A stretch of 64,000 nucleotides of DNA from a bacterium (GCA_965213625.1 CBDBZU010000004.1:768001-832000), one strand, 5' to 3'. Shown: positions 11,042-21,252, counted from the stretch's first letter. The notes: generated by a model from the letters alone, not told the origin. Numbers and translations are program-made.

Positions 11042-11971
11042 CTATTTCTTTTTGGTTTTTCCCTTTGTCGATGTTTTGGCAGGCTGAGACTTGCTAATCT
11101 GCATGAACACCTTGCCGTCTTTCAGTACAGTAACACTTCCCGTGGACTCGCTGATAGCGAATGAAATGGCTGTGCTGACTTCCGTTATACCCGCTCCGGC
11201 CATATGACGCGAACCCAACCCAGGGGGCAAATCATTTTCAGGCGCCGCGTTTAGGTGACGACCGGCGGCTTCGATGATCCCGTCTCCACGAATGACGAAT
11301 GCGCCGTCAATGGCGCTGAATTCCTTAATGGTTTCGCGCAGGGCCGGGTCCATAATATTTCTTTGCTCTTCCGGGTATCCATGGAAGGGATTAATGACGA
11401 GCTAGCGTGAATACTGCAGCACCAGATCATGGTCTCCCAGAACAAAAAGCGCACCGCGGGGTTTTCCTTCCCTTCCTTCGGCGCCAAGTTCCAGAGCGAG
11501 CGATAAGACCGTTTCAAACACTTTGGGGTCTACGCCCTCGACAGCGCTTTGCGTTTCCGATGTCTGGAGCATTTCTTTTTCGCGATCCAAATGAAAGACC
11601 ATGAGGGTGTCAATTTCTTCGTTCTCAGGTAAGCCTGAAAGGCATACCACGGTGTCATTTTGCGTGATGGAGCCTTCGCTCAATGCGATGACAACGCCCA
11701 TCTTGATGATGTCGATTCGGTTCAGGGATAGGGCAGGTAATTGCATGACCTTGCAATCCCGTTTTTCCAATTCTTCGTAGAGATCGGGGGAGCAGGTGGT
11801 AGCAAAGTGTTCCACACCAATAGGGAGGTCCATCAAGGCGTCGAGGTCCTTCATCGCGTCAGCATGAATGAAAATCGCTTTGGCATCCAGTTCATTGCAG
11901 ATTTGTGAAGCCGCGGCAATGATGCTTTCGCTGAGGCCGGCTTGTTTTTCGGCCGTTTCTCTCACCTTCAT
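11042..11971 (-). pseudogene. Diadenylate cyclase (DisA_N/DAC domain, DacZ-like) with in-frame TAG at 11402-11404
   Basis: ORFs 11402-11971 and 11042-11353 are in the same frame; the read-through gives EGREGKPRGALFVLGD...YSR*LVINPFHGY...SAIDGAF...GLGSRHMAG...SESTG. Confidence 0.85.
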
Positions 11972-13440
11972 CCCTTTCCTTCCAGTGCTACGTAGAATGT
12001 CGTGCCTCGCCGTTCGATTACAAGCAGATTTCCTTTATTTTCTCCTTTTTTCAGCGCTTCTCGCAACTGTTCCGTATCGGCAATTGCTTTGCGATTGGCT
12101 TCTACAATCAAGTCGCCTCGTCGCAAACCGGCCAAAGCCGCGGGACTATCTGGCAATACGTTGGAGATGACAACGCCCTTCTTCGATTTTGCGCCGATTT
12201 GCTTTCTGAGCTCAGGTGTCAGGTCTTGGCCTTCGATTCCCAGTTTTTTCTGAAGCGCGGGTTTCGAAGCCTTCGCCGGCTCCTCCGAGGTACCGGGCAA
12301 TTTGCCGACTTGAATCTTGAAGTCGCGCTTTTTACCGTCTCGAATGATGCCGACTTTAGCCATAGAACCCGGCTTCAAATCAGCCGCGGCAAGTGAGAGT
12401 TGGCGGGGGTTTTTAATTTTTTTCTCATCGATGCTTACGATCACATCGCCTCTTTTGATGCCGGCTTTTTTCGCTGGCGCCTTTTCAATCACGTTAGAGA
12501 CCAGGGCGCCATGGGTTTCTTTCAGGCCCAATTCCTTTGCCAGACTTTCATTGACGGGTTGAATGGATACGCCCAGAAATCCACGGGTAACGACTCCCTT
12601 GCGTAGTTGAGGGAGCAGTTTCTTCGCTATATTAATCGGTATCGCGAATCCAATACCGATATTTCCGCCGCCCCTGCTGAAAATGGCGGTATTGATGCCC
12701 ACGACGTTTCCATTCAAATCGAAGAGTGGCCCACCACTGTTTCCCGGATTGATGGAGGCGTCGGTTTGGATAAAGTTGTCAAATCGACTTGAGCCGATAA
12801 CCCGCCCCTTGGCGCTCACGATTCCGGCCGTCACCGTATGGGATAGGCCAAATGGATTTCCGATGGCCATCACCCAGTCGCCTACGCGAAGTTTTTCGCT
12901 GTCCCCGAGATTCACCGCGGTGAACGTATCTCCGGGTTTCGTTTCCACCTGGAGAAGCGCGATATCGGTTTGGGGGTCGCGGCCCACGACCTTCGCTTTT
13001 CTTTTCCTTTTGTCTTTGAAGCGAACCGTTATTTTCGATGCATTCTTGACGACATGATTGTTCGTCACGACAAGGCCGTTATCGGTCACGATGAAGCCCG
13101 AACCCAGGTTCTGCTGTCTGGGCTGTGGGCGTAAGCCGCCACGTGGTCCGCGGCGGAAGGGCCCTTCGTGAAAACGCCTGAAGAATTCGTTCCACAAATC
13201 ACCCGGAAATCCTGGAAATTCGCCCCTTGAACTCGTTTCGACTTTGGTTTCCGTGCTGATATTCACCACGGCGGGGCTTAGCTTTTCCGCCAACCCGGCC
13301 AGGGACGGCAGCTTTCCCGCACTGACTGCGGATTGGGCGTTCACCGGCGCGATGAGCAAGCCCAGGCCGAACAATAGCGTGACGTAGAGGGAGGTCGCTC
13401 CCACCGACTTGTATTTGGGCAGATAAAGAGATTTCCGCAT
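11968..13440 (-). CDS. degP: DegP/HtrA (Do) serine protease with two PDZ domains
   Basis: TNNHVV, DIALL, FIQTDASINPGNSGGP; signal peptide; stop overlaps the DAC start (ATGA). Confidence 0.92.
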   Translation of the reverse strand: MRKSLYLPKYKSVGATSLYVTLLFGLGLLIAPVNAQSAVSAGKLPSLAGLAEKLSPAVVNISTETKVETSSRGEFPGFPGDLWNEFFRRFHEGPFRRGPRGGLRPQPRQQNLGSGFIVTDNGLVVTNNHVVKNASKITVRFKDKRKRKAKVVGRDPQTDIALLQVETKPGDTFTAVNLGDSEKLRVGDWVMAIGNPFGLSHTVTAGIVSAKGRVIGSSRFDNFIQTDASINPGNSGGPLFDLNGNVVGINTAIFSRGGGNIGIGFAIPINIAKKLLPQLRKGVVTRGFLGVSIQPVNESLAKELGLKETHGALVSNVIEKAPAKKAGIKRGDVIVSIDEKKIKNPRQLSLAAADLKPGSMAKVGIIRDGKKRDFKIQVGKLPGTSEEPAKASKPALQKKLGIEGQDLTPELRKQIGAKSKKGVVISNVLPDSPAALAGLRRGDLIVEANRKAIADTEQLREALKKGENKGNLLVIERRGTTFYVALEGKG

Positions 13441-13708
13441 TTTTTTCCCTTCTCTATGCATCAAATGTTCTGGCGGCGACAAACACCACATCACTGGTTT
13501 TAGATATACCAAAGTTCCATCTGTGTGAAAATCGGCAAATAGCTGAAAAAAGATTGATTATCACATTCACACGGGCTCATGCGGCTGAAAAGGGGGTTTT
13601 CCAGGTCATCCGCATCGACGCGGGACGAGCGGAGGGATATCCTCTCCACCGTCCGGGCAGGTCCGGCCGCGATGTCATCCGGGAGAGTTTCTTGAAAAAG
13701 ATGAGCGC

Positions 13709-14584
13709 ATGAGTCTCGAATCCCAAACCATCCTGCTGGCCATTTCGGCGGCTTTCGTAAGTGCTGCGACGAACATCACCTTCGCGCCCGCCTTGCGGCA
13801 GATGGGTTCGTTCGCCCTGGCGCAGTTCAACAACCTGGGCAACACCTTGATGCTCGGGGCCATCGGATACTGGCTGTACGAGCCGGGGAGTTACCGCTGG
13901 GAGGCGTTCGCCTGGTTCGGCGTTCTGGGCGTGATGAACTACAGCATCAACCGCTGGGTCTTCTACACCGGCATGAACATCGTCGGCCCCGCGCGCCACA
14001 TCACCATCACGAGCATGGTTCCGCTTCCCAGCCTGTTTCTGGCGGTCATTTTTCTGGGCGAAGAACCCGGCCTCTGGGTATTGTTCGGAACGCTGCTCGT
14101 CGTCTGCGGCATAGTCGCCGTGAGCTATGAGCCCTCGGGCGGCAGGTGGTTCCGCGTGGGTATCGGCTGGTCGCTCATGAGCATGCTCATGCTGGTGGGC
14201 AGCGCGTTCATGCGCAAGCAGGGCATGTCCTACATGGCGGCGCCCGCCCTGCTCACCGCGTGGTCGGCCATGGTCGCCATCCCCACCTCGGAGGGCTTGC
14301 GGCATTTTCTGCCGAAGCGTTATTTCGAATGGGGTTCGAAGCGCTATCTTCCCCTGCTGGTGTTCGGGACGATCACGAACGGGCTGATGCAAATCCTCAT
14401 CAACCTCTCGCTCAAGGGTAAACTCTCGCTGGCGGTGCCCATCCTGAGCAGCACGCCGATTTTCGCCTTGTGCCTTTCCGCGTTGTTTTTACGGGACATA
14501 GAGCGACTGAACGCGCGCGTGGTGGTGGGCATATGCATCGCCGTGCTGGGAATCGTGGCCGTGAGCATCGGCAGGCACGGCTAA
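13709..14584 (+). CDS. DMT/EamA family transporter
   Basis: ~10 TM segments, two-repeat EamA pattern, FLGEEPG motif. Confidence 0.85.
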   Translation: MSLESQTILLAISAAFVSAATNITFAPALRQMGSFALAQFNNLGNTLMLGAIGYWLYEPGSYRWEAFAWFGVLGVMNYSINRWVFYTGMNIVGPARHITITSMVPLPSLFLAVIFLGEEPGLWVLFGTLLVVCGIVAVSYEPSGGRWFRVGIGWSLMSMLMLVGSAFMRKQGMSYMAAPALLTAWSAMVAIPTSEGLRHFLPKRYFEWGSKRYLPLLVFGTITNGLMQILINLSLKGKLSLAVPILSSTPIFALCLSALFLRDIERLNARVVVGICIAVLGIVAVSIGRHG

Positions 14585-14591
14585 CCCGGCC

Positions 14592-15461
14592 ATGGACAAC
14601 ACGATGGGAATCGTCTGGGCGCTGGCCGCGGCCGTCATGGCGGCGTTCACGGGGGTTCTCGCCGCGCGGCCCTTGCGCCACATGGGCCTGATGTCCGCCA
14701 CCCTGCTCACGAACGTGTTCAACATGCTCGTCCTGGGCCTGTTCGGCTGGTGGGAATTCGACCCCGCCGACGTCTCGCTCGAAGGCATGCTCTGGTTCGC
14801 CCTGCTGGGCGTCACGGCCTACAGCTACGGGCGCCTGGTGTACTACAAGGCCATCGACGCCATCGGCCCGCCCCGGCTCATGACCCTCATGAGCACATCC
14901 CCTCTGCTGAGCCTCTCCCTGGCCGTCCTGTTCCTGGGCGAGCAGCCCGGCCCCGCCGTTCTGGGGGGCACCGGCCTCGTGGTGGCGGGCGTCATCCTGG
15001 TGAGCTACGAACCCGCCCGGGGGCGCTGGTTCCAGCCGGCGATACTCTGGGGGTTCGCGAGCGCTATCTCGCTGGGCGTGAGCGTCTTCATCCGCAAGAA
15101 GGGCCTGGACGCCATGCCGAGCATCGCCCTCACGGTCGCGTGGTCGAACATGGTGAGCATCCCCATCATCTATGGCCTGAGATACCTCTCACCCCCCAGG
15201 ATGTTCGACTGGGGGCCGCGCTGGGCGGTTGTGACCATCATCGTGGTCGGCGTGCTGAACTCGGGCAACCAGCTCCTCTACAACCTCGCCATCATCAATT
15301 CAGACATCAGCGTCGTCGGCCCCATCATCGCTTCAATGCCAATCTTTTCAGTGATTTTCACCGTCCTCATGCTGCGCGATATGACCCGCGTACGCCCCCG
15401 CCTCGTCTGTGGCGTATTGGTCACGGTGGCGGGCATGGCCGCCGTCGCGCTGGGCCGCTGA
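14592..15461 (+). CDS. DMT/EamA family transporter, paralog of upstream gene
   Basis: Shared motifs with 13709-14584 (LR.MG, IGP.R, FLGE.PG, VSYEP..GRWF, F.WG, LRD). Confidence 0.85.
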   Translation: MDNTMGIVWALAAAVMAAFTGVLAARPLRHMGLMSATLLTNVFNMLVLGLFGWWEFDPADVSLEGMLWFALLGVTAYSYGRLVYYKAIDAIGPPRLMTLMSTSPLLSLSLAVLFLGEQPGPAVLGGTGLVVAGVILVSYEPARGRWFQPAILWGFASAISLGVSVFIRKKGLDAMPSIALTVAWSNMVSIPIIYGLRYLSPPRMFDWGPRWAVVTIIVVGVLNSGNQLLYNLAIINSDISVVGPIIASMPIFSVIFTVLMLRDMTRVRPRLVCGVLVTVAGMAAVALGR

Positions 15462-15488
15462 GGTGCTCGGTCCTCGATTTTCACCCCG

Positions 15489-15959
15489 GCATTTCCCCGC
15501 ATTTGCCGTCATCGCGGGGGGCGCAAGCCATGGCAGTATTCCCCTGCGCCCGGATTCCGCGGCGTCAAATCCCAGGCATTTAATTTACAGATATTTACCG
15601 AAATACCCCGTGAATTTATCTATATTTATCGAAATTTTCAGGAATTATTATTTGCATTTTACGCCTTCCGCGTCTCGCCCGAGCGCCCCCCCGGTTCCTT
15701 CGAGCGGCGCCCCTTCCGCCGCCTGAAAAACGAAGACCGACGGACGCCCTCTCCAGCATACCCCATCGACACGAAAGTCCCCGACGGCAACTGCGGGCAA
15801 TTGCGGATCGAAAGCGGCCGGGGAAGTCGCTTCCGACCGAGGAGGGAGCGAGCGTTTGCCGGGTGAGGAGAGGTCCGTTTTATCCGGACGCGCCAGGGCG
15901 CTTCTCCATCCTACGTGAAATCTCATCGTGCCCCACGGCGGCAATTGCGGGGAATTACG
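15489..15959. repeat. Dispersed intergenic element with phased GATAAAT core (copy B), with imperfect terminal inverted repeats
   Basis: GCATTTCCCCGCATTTGCCG at left end, CGGCAATTGCGGGGAATTAC at right end; reverse complement of 15578-15647 matches 5388-5457. Confidence 0.7.
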
Positions 15960-16121
15960 TGTCGGTTTCGAGTGAAGAGGAAGAAATCGACACGGCCATG
16001 CCGGGGTTGTTGGAAAAACCCCTCGCCTGGGGTGTCGCTTTTACCCCCCTGTTAAGAGGCTGTTGAAAAAGTCCTTTTCGGTCGGGTGTGATCCCTCAAA
16101 GGTCTTGCAGTTCACTCCCCG

Positions 16122-17129
16122 CTATGACGCCCCGTCGTCTCCGGCGAAGAACGCGGCTATCTTGCCGAGCGAGGCGGGGATGTCCACGTCCCACTGGCGG
16201 TTCGAGCCGCCGCCGGTGTGGGGCAGCAGCACGGCGTTCGGCATCCCGATGAGCGGGCTGTCCGCAGGCAGGGGTTCGTAGCGATAGACGTCGAGCCCGG
16301 CCATGGCGATCTCGCCCGTCCGGAGCGCACCCGCCAGCGCCGCTTCATCCACGAGCGCACCCCGGCCTACGTTGATGAGGGTGGCCGTATTCTTCATGCG
16401 CGCGAGCTCGCCGGCGCCAATCATCCCCTCGCTTTCTTCGGTGTGCGGCAGGACGAGCACGAGATAATCGACGCTCTCGAGAAGTTCGTTAAATTCCAGA
16501 TACGCGGCCTGGTGCTGCGCCTCCACATCCGGCGTGTGGCGCGTGCGCTGGTGGTAGAAGATTTTCATGTCGAAGGCCGCGCAGCGTCTGGCGATGTCCA
16601 TGCCGATGTCGCCCAGGCCGATGATGCCCACGCTCCGGCCGAACAGCTCGGCGACGCCCTCTATCTCCGGCCAGTTGGGCCGGATGTTCCACTGGCTGGT
16701 GGCGACGGGTTCCAGCCCCATCTCGCGGTAGACGCCCGCCTCGACCGCCTTCTGGCCGAGAATCGTCTTGCGCTCGCAGCAGAGCATGAGGACGAGGGCC
16801 TGCTCGGCCACCGTGGCGTTCCGCATGAGCGACTGCGTGCCGACGGGGATGCCGCGCTCGCGCGCCGCGTCCAGGGCGATGTTCTTGCTGTTCAGCCCGT
16901 GCTTCTGGATGTAGCGGAGACGCCCGGCCGCGCGGATGACGGAAGCGGGGAGCGCCGCCTTGTAGGTGAGGACCGCCTCGGCTTCGGGCGCCAGCGCCAG
17001 GAGGGCGCCCTCGTCCGCGGTCTCGGGCGCCGTAATCTCGAAAGGCGCGGCGGCGGGGTTCGCCTTCACCCGCTTGAGAAAATTGCCCGACGCCCCGTCC
17101 GTGACGAGCAGGCGTATCTTGTCGCTCAT
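16122..17129 (-). CDS. D-isomer-specific 2-hydroxyacid dehydrogenase
   Basis: VGIIGLGDIG, LINVGRGALVDE, AGLDVYRYEPL, LLPHTGG. Confidence 0.92.
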   Translation of the reverse strand: MSDKIRLLVTDGASGNFLKRVKANPAAAPFEITAPETADEGALLALAPEAEAVLTYKAALPASVIRAAGRLRYIQKHGLNSKNIALDAARERGIPVGTQSLMRNATVAEQALVLMLCCERKTILGQKAVEAGVYREMGLEPVATSQWNIRPNWPEIEGVAELFGRSVGIIGLGDIGMDIARRCAAFDMKIFYHQRTRHTPDVEAQHQAAYLEFNELLESVDYLVLVLPHTEESEGMIGAGELARMKNTATLINVGRGALVDEAALAGALRTGEIAMAGLDVYRYEPLPADSPLIGMPNAVLLPHTGGGSNRQWDVDIPASLGKIAAFFAGDDGAS

Positions 17130-17299
17130 GTGCTCTCCAAGTGCTGTATGTGTGATGAAGGCGGTGAAGCGGTTTTTTTAGCATAGATGGGGGGTGGGGT
17201 GCTATTGGTGGGTGCCGAGTGATGAGGGGCTGCTTGAACGGGGGTGGGGGGTGATTTAAGCTGTGGCTCCCGCCCGGAGGGAGCTGAGAGCAAGGTAGA

Positions 17300-18618
17300 A
17301 TGATGCAGATTCCGAACTGGTTGAAAAACCCGCTCATAGTATTGTTGGTTTCTTTTCTAACCATAATGCTGACGGCTTTTGTAAGCGTGATGGTTTCAAA
17401 GTGCGCTCATGATTGGATCGGCGGACTCCTTGGCTTATTCGGCGAAGATAACAAAAATGAAATTCTAAAATTCCTGGGTATTGGAATGGGCGGTATTCTG
17501 CTTGCCATTCAAGCGGTGCTGTCTTACATCCGAGCCAAGGCGATGGAGGACGCAGCGAAAGCACAAGCTGATGCTACGAAACAACAGGCCAAGGCCAACC
17601 AGAACGCTGAGAAGGGCTTGCGGCAGGAGCGCCTGAAAAATGCCTCGAACACCTGGGCCACGAATCGGATTCCGTGCGCCTGGGCGGAGCCTACGAACTC
17701 TTCCATCTGGCGGAGGATACCGAAAATCTACGGCAAACCGTGCTTGACATTCTCTGCGCCCACATACGCAGGACGACAGGCGAGGCCGAATATCGGGAAA
17801 AACACAGGTCGAAGCCCTCGGAGGAAATCCAGAGTCTACTAACTCTACTGTTTGTACAAGAGCACAAGGTATTCAAGGGTCTTCAAATCAACTTGCAGGG
17901 AAGCTGGCTGAACAAGGCCAATCTCCGGGAAGCGCACTTGGAAGCGGCGAATCTGGTTGGTGCGTGTCTAAAAGGAACTGAACTTCAAGATGCACATCTA
18001 CAAGGGGCTAATCTTGAGGTTTCACAGTTGCAAAGGGCTAATCTTGAAGACGCACAGTTACAAGGAGCTGATCTTAGAGAGGCGCAATTGCAAGAGGCTG
18101 TTTTTGGTTTTGCACATTTGGAAGGGGCTTGTCTTTGGAGGGCACTACTGCAAGGCAGTGTTCTTGGTTGTGCATATTTGCAAGGGGCAATGCTCAGAAG
18201 GGCGGATTTGCAAGGAGCTGAACTTGGAGGAGCGTATTTGCAAGGGGCTGATCTTAGTGTAGCGCGTATGCAAGGGGCTGCTCTTCGGGGTGCGATTTTG
18301 AAAGGAGTGATAACAAGTGCTGGGCTGTGGCCTTTCGGGAGGTTTATAGAACACATCAGGGGGGCAATCGGTCAGCAGAGCGACCTATCCGGGGTGATTT
18401 TTTCAGGTGGTTTAAGTCAGGGAAGAGTAGACTTCCTCGTCAAAGGGTTGTCCGACGAAGGAGCAAAAAAGTTGCGAAAGATATTGGAGCCTCACATCGG
18501 TAAGCCTACAAGCCATGAACTGCCGGAAAACAGCGGCGCCATTACAGGAGCCTACACCGAAGCAGAAGCCGAAGAATGGATTGCCGAGTACGATAAGGCG
18601 ATGTCGCAGACCGACTAA
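17300..18618 (+). pseudogene. Membrane-anchored pentapeptide-repeat protein, frameshifted at ~17645
   Basis: N-terminal TM ORF ends QERLKNA; the shifted frame continues EHLGHESDSVRLGGAY and then tandem A(D/N)LxxAxLQG repeats; AAT GCC TC GAA implies one lost base. Confidence 0.8.
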
Positions 18619-19223
18619 AGAGCTATCAAAAAATCACGCACCTCATCGAACGCTTCATGATCAAAATCCCAAACACCTTGTTGCGCCGCCACGCCTACGG
18701 AATGGTGCGGGTTGGGTTTCGTCGTCAAAAAGGCGAAGGCGCGTGTCTTGTCCCGGTTTGTAATGGACACGTTCGGCGAAGCCTCTACGCATGAGAAAAA
18801 ATCGTCGATGCAGTGATCCACTTCCGAACCTAGAAATGTCCGGCAAAGAAGCGTTTCGAGCATGCCCGGAGAACTCTCATTGGGCAGGATGAGCACGCTT
18901 ACATCCGGGTTCCCGTTTTGCCGTTCTCCCGCTTTGGAGGGGACTGGTAGGTTTACCTTACCGAGCGATCCCTGAATACTCTGGAATGAGTTTTGCGCAG
19001 AATCCTCTGCGTCGCGCACGATGCCAAGACTTGAGATGGAATTAAAATCCGGCGCCTTTACGAATGCAGGTAGAAAGACTCTCAACTCGTTTCCGCCTCC
19101 GTAATTTTGTATCTGAATATCTGGAAGCGAACGAGTTCTGATGAGCGCCTCGAAAAAGTTTCGTTGGTCGTTGCCCTCGACGAGAAGCTGCTTCGGCCTT
19201 TCAATCCGCTCATGTTGCGCCAT
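18615..19223 (-). CDS. DUF3226-like / TOPRIM-fold protein
   Basis: LLVEGNDQ, GIVRDAE, GMLETL, WDFDH motifs; begins 2 nt after the ATPase stop. Confidence 0.7.
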   Translation of the reverse strand: MAQHERIERPKQLLVEGNDQRNFFEALIRTRSLPDIQIQNYGGGNELRVFLPAFVKAPDFNSISSLGIVRDAEDSAQNSFQSIQGSLGKVNLPVPSKAGERQNGNPDVSVLILPNESSPGMLETLLCRTFLGSEVDHCIDDFFSCVEASPNVSITNRDKTRAFAFLTTKPNPHHSVGVAAQQGVWDFDHEAFDEVRDFLIAL

Positions 19224-19225
19224 GA

Positions 19226-20278
19226 TCAGCGCATCTCGAGATTGTGTTTGAACGTCGCCTCTATTTCGTCGGGTCCTAGAGTGACGCAGCGTATTGCTCC
19301 GTCGATGTTTTCGAGCCGGTGTACGAGAAAGTCCTCGGCATCGAGAGATTGATGCGCCGCTTCCATACACTCGAAACTATGTGTCGATGCAACAACTTGC
19401 GTGTCGAATTGTTTGGCCGCTTCACCGATTGCCCTCCAAACCTTACTCAATACGGAGTGATGGAGGCCGTTTTCTACCTCATCTAGTAGAACAACTCCGC
19501 CCGGTGCGTGAGAAATCGCCAGGATTACACGTGCTACTCGCGTAAGACCCACGCCCATCATCGGTAACGGAGCGAGTTCAGGTAGGCCGATATCGCCCCA
19601 AATCATGGGAACACCGGACGCGGAATTATCCTGGACGCTCTGTAATCTCGGCTCGACGATCCGCAGAGCGTCTACTACGAACTCGCCCTGCTTTCGTTGC
19701 CGAAGCTGCCCGAGGCGTATAGCGTCCTCTTGTAGATTTCCTATACGTGACGAAAGGAACGTAGCTGTAAATGGTGGGTTTGAAGCAGGCGGCTCTATTT
19801 GAATTCCACCGCTTGTCAAGCGGATGCGACCCTCTGCCACTTTTTTAGAGCCCATTTCGAACGAAAATTTGAGGGCAGTTTCATTCAAAAATTCCGTTTT
19901 CAAAGTACGGCTTGAGATATCAAAAGGAAGCTGGATAGTATCTGGCTGATCAAGCGCGATGTTCAATGCTAGAGGACCATGCGCAGTGAAATGACCTTGA
20001 ATTTCCACGACTTTCTTCATGTCGAAATCGGTGAATATCGGTTTCCAAAGTGTCTGAGCCGCAGTCGTCGCCGATCCAATAGCTGAGTCGATTCCACGTA
20101 TCGCGTTGATGCGCATCGCTATCTCAGAGTTCCCAGCACCGCACAATAGGAAAAGCGCTTCGAGCAGGCTCGTCTTGCCGGAGTTGTTTTTCCCTGTAAC
20201 GAGGTTGATCTGCCCCAGGCGAGGAATCTCTAAATCATCGAAAGCGCGAAAATTGTGTATCCGCAAGTTCTTAAACAT
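19226..20278 (-). CDS. AAA_15/AAA_21 (ABC-type) ATPase
   Basis: IHNFRAF, GKNNSGKTSLLEAL, LLDEVENGLH, STHS. Confidence 0.9.
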   Translation of the reverse strand: MFKNLRIHNFRAFDDLEIPRLGQINLVTGKNNSGKTSLLEALFLLCGAGNSEIAMRINAIRGIDSAIGSATTAAQTLWKPIFTDFDMKKVVEIQGHFTAHGPLALNIALDQPDTIQLPFDISSRTLKTEFLNETALKFSFEMGSKKVAEGRIRLTSGGIQIEPPASNPPFTATFLSSRIGNLQEDAIRLGQLRQRKQGEFVVDALRIVEPRLQSVQDNSASGVPMIWGDIGLPELAPLPMMGVGLTRVARVILAISHAPGGVVLLDEVENGLHHSVLSKVWRAIGEAAKQFDTQVVASTHSFECMEAAHQSLDAEDFLVHRLENIDGAIRCVTLGPDEIEATFKHNLEMR

Positions 20279-20801
20279 GGTATCGGCTCCAAGAGTGACG
20301 CTTATTAAGCGGAAACCGCATCGTTTTTAACTCAATGCCGAAATGGACATCGTTTCTCAAGGCTAGCACAACTCACCCAGCATTCTAAAGAGACTCGACT
20401 TTGGCTCGGTTCATCTGAATAAGACAAACTGGCGGCTTGTTGAAAGTCGTGGAGATGATACTGGCCGGTAAGGATATTCACGAGCAATTGATGGAGAAGA
20501 TCGGCACCTCGGGAGGGTAATTTTCATTCCTTGGTTGGCAATGACCCTCAAGGGGGAGTGGTTTTCTTTCCTTGATTTCTCATCTTTTTACTCACTTGCA
20601 AAACCTCTGGATTCTGGATGAAACCATTCCGGCATCTCGGCGGAACCATGCCCACGGCATATTGCTCTTTATTAGGTCACAGCAATCACTCGCTCCTCAC
20701 TCGCGATTAACCCTCTTGTGGGAAATGGAATCTAAAGCACGCATTACGAAAACCTGCGCCGCGCGGTTCACAATTGCCGCGTCGCCTTTTTTCTTCTCTG
20801 C

Positions 20802-20831
20802 AAAGCAGGGCGGTTCCCGAACCGCCCCTAC
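20802..20831. repeat. GTAG-type REP-like palindrome (GGGCGGTTCSCGAACCGCCC)
   Basis: Near-identical copy at 22582-22609; reverse strand reads GTAGGGGCGGTT... Confidence 0.75.
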
Positions 20832-21061
20832 AGGTTACCGGATTCAACCATTCCGGCATGAGGGCGAAGTCATGAGCAGGGGCGATTGCTCCTCGGGCGA
20901 GCGCGTTTCACTCCCCCTTGAGGGAGGTATTGAAAAAGCCTTTCTCCAGAGAGCAACCCCCCCTACCCCCCCTTGTCAGGGGGGTAAAGGCGAAGCCCCC
21001 CTGGCGAGGGGCTGTTGAAAAAGCCTCGTCTGCGACCCTCGCAAACCGCTAACACCTCTAT

Positions 21062-21204
21062 CCTCACCCTGAGTAGCGGCGAAGCCGCGTATCGAAGGTC
21101 AATTCCGACTAATGAAGGAGGAATTGCATTCTCGCCCCGGCGCGAGGCGTTTGACTCCCCTCGCCCCTCGATACGGCGCGCAAGCGCGCCTACTCGGGAT
21201 GAGG
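21062..21204. repeat. REPIN-like inverted pair (CCTCAYCCYGAGTAG...CGTATCGAAGG)
   Basis: 21062-21098 and 21166-21204 are imperfect reverse complements, each with an internal hairpin. Confidence 0.7.
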
Positions 21205-21252
21205 GGGGAGTGATTCCCGAACTGCGTCTCACGGGATACAAAATGCAATTCC

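Noticed and set aside
11402-11404. Stop-codon reassignment or pyrrolysine
   Set aside because: TAG and TAA both end many normal genes here, the two in-frame stops are different codons, and no pyl genes are visible
17188-17252. G-run cluster as a functional G-quadruplex
   Set aside because: Irregular G tracts in an intergenic gap, with no repetition or other support
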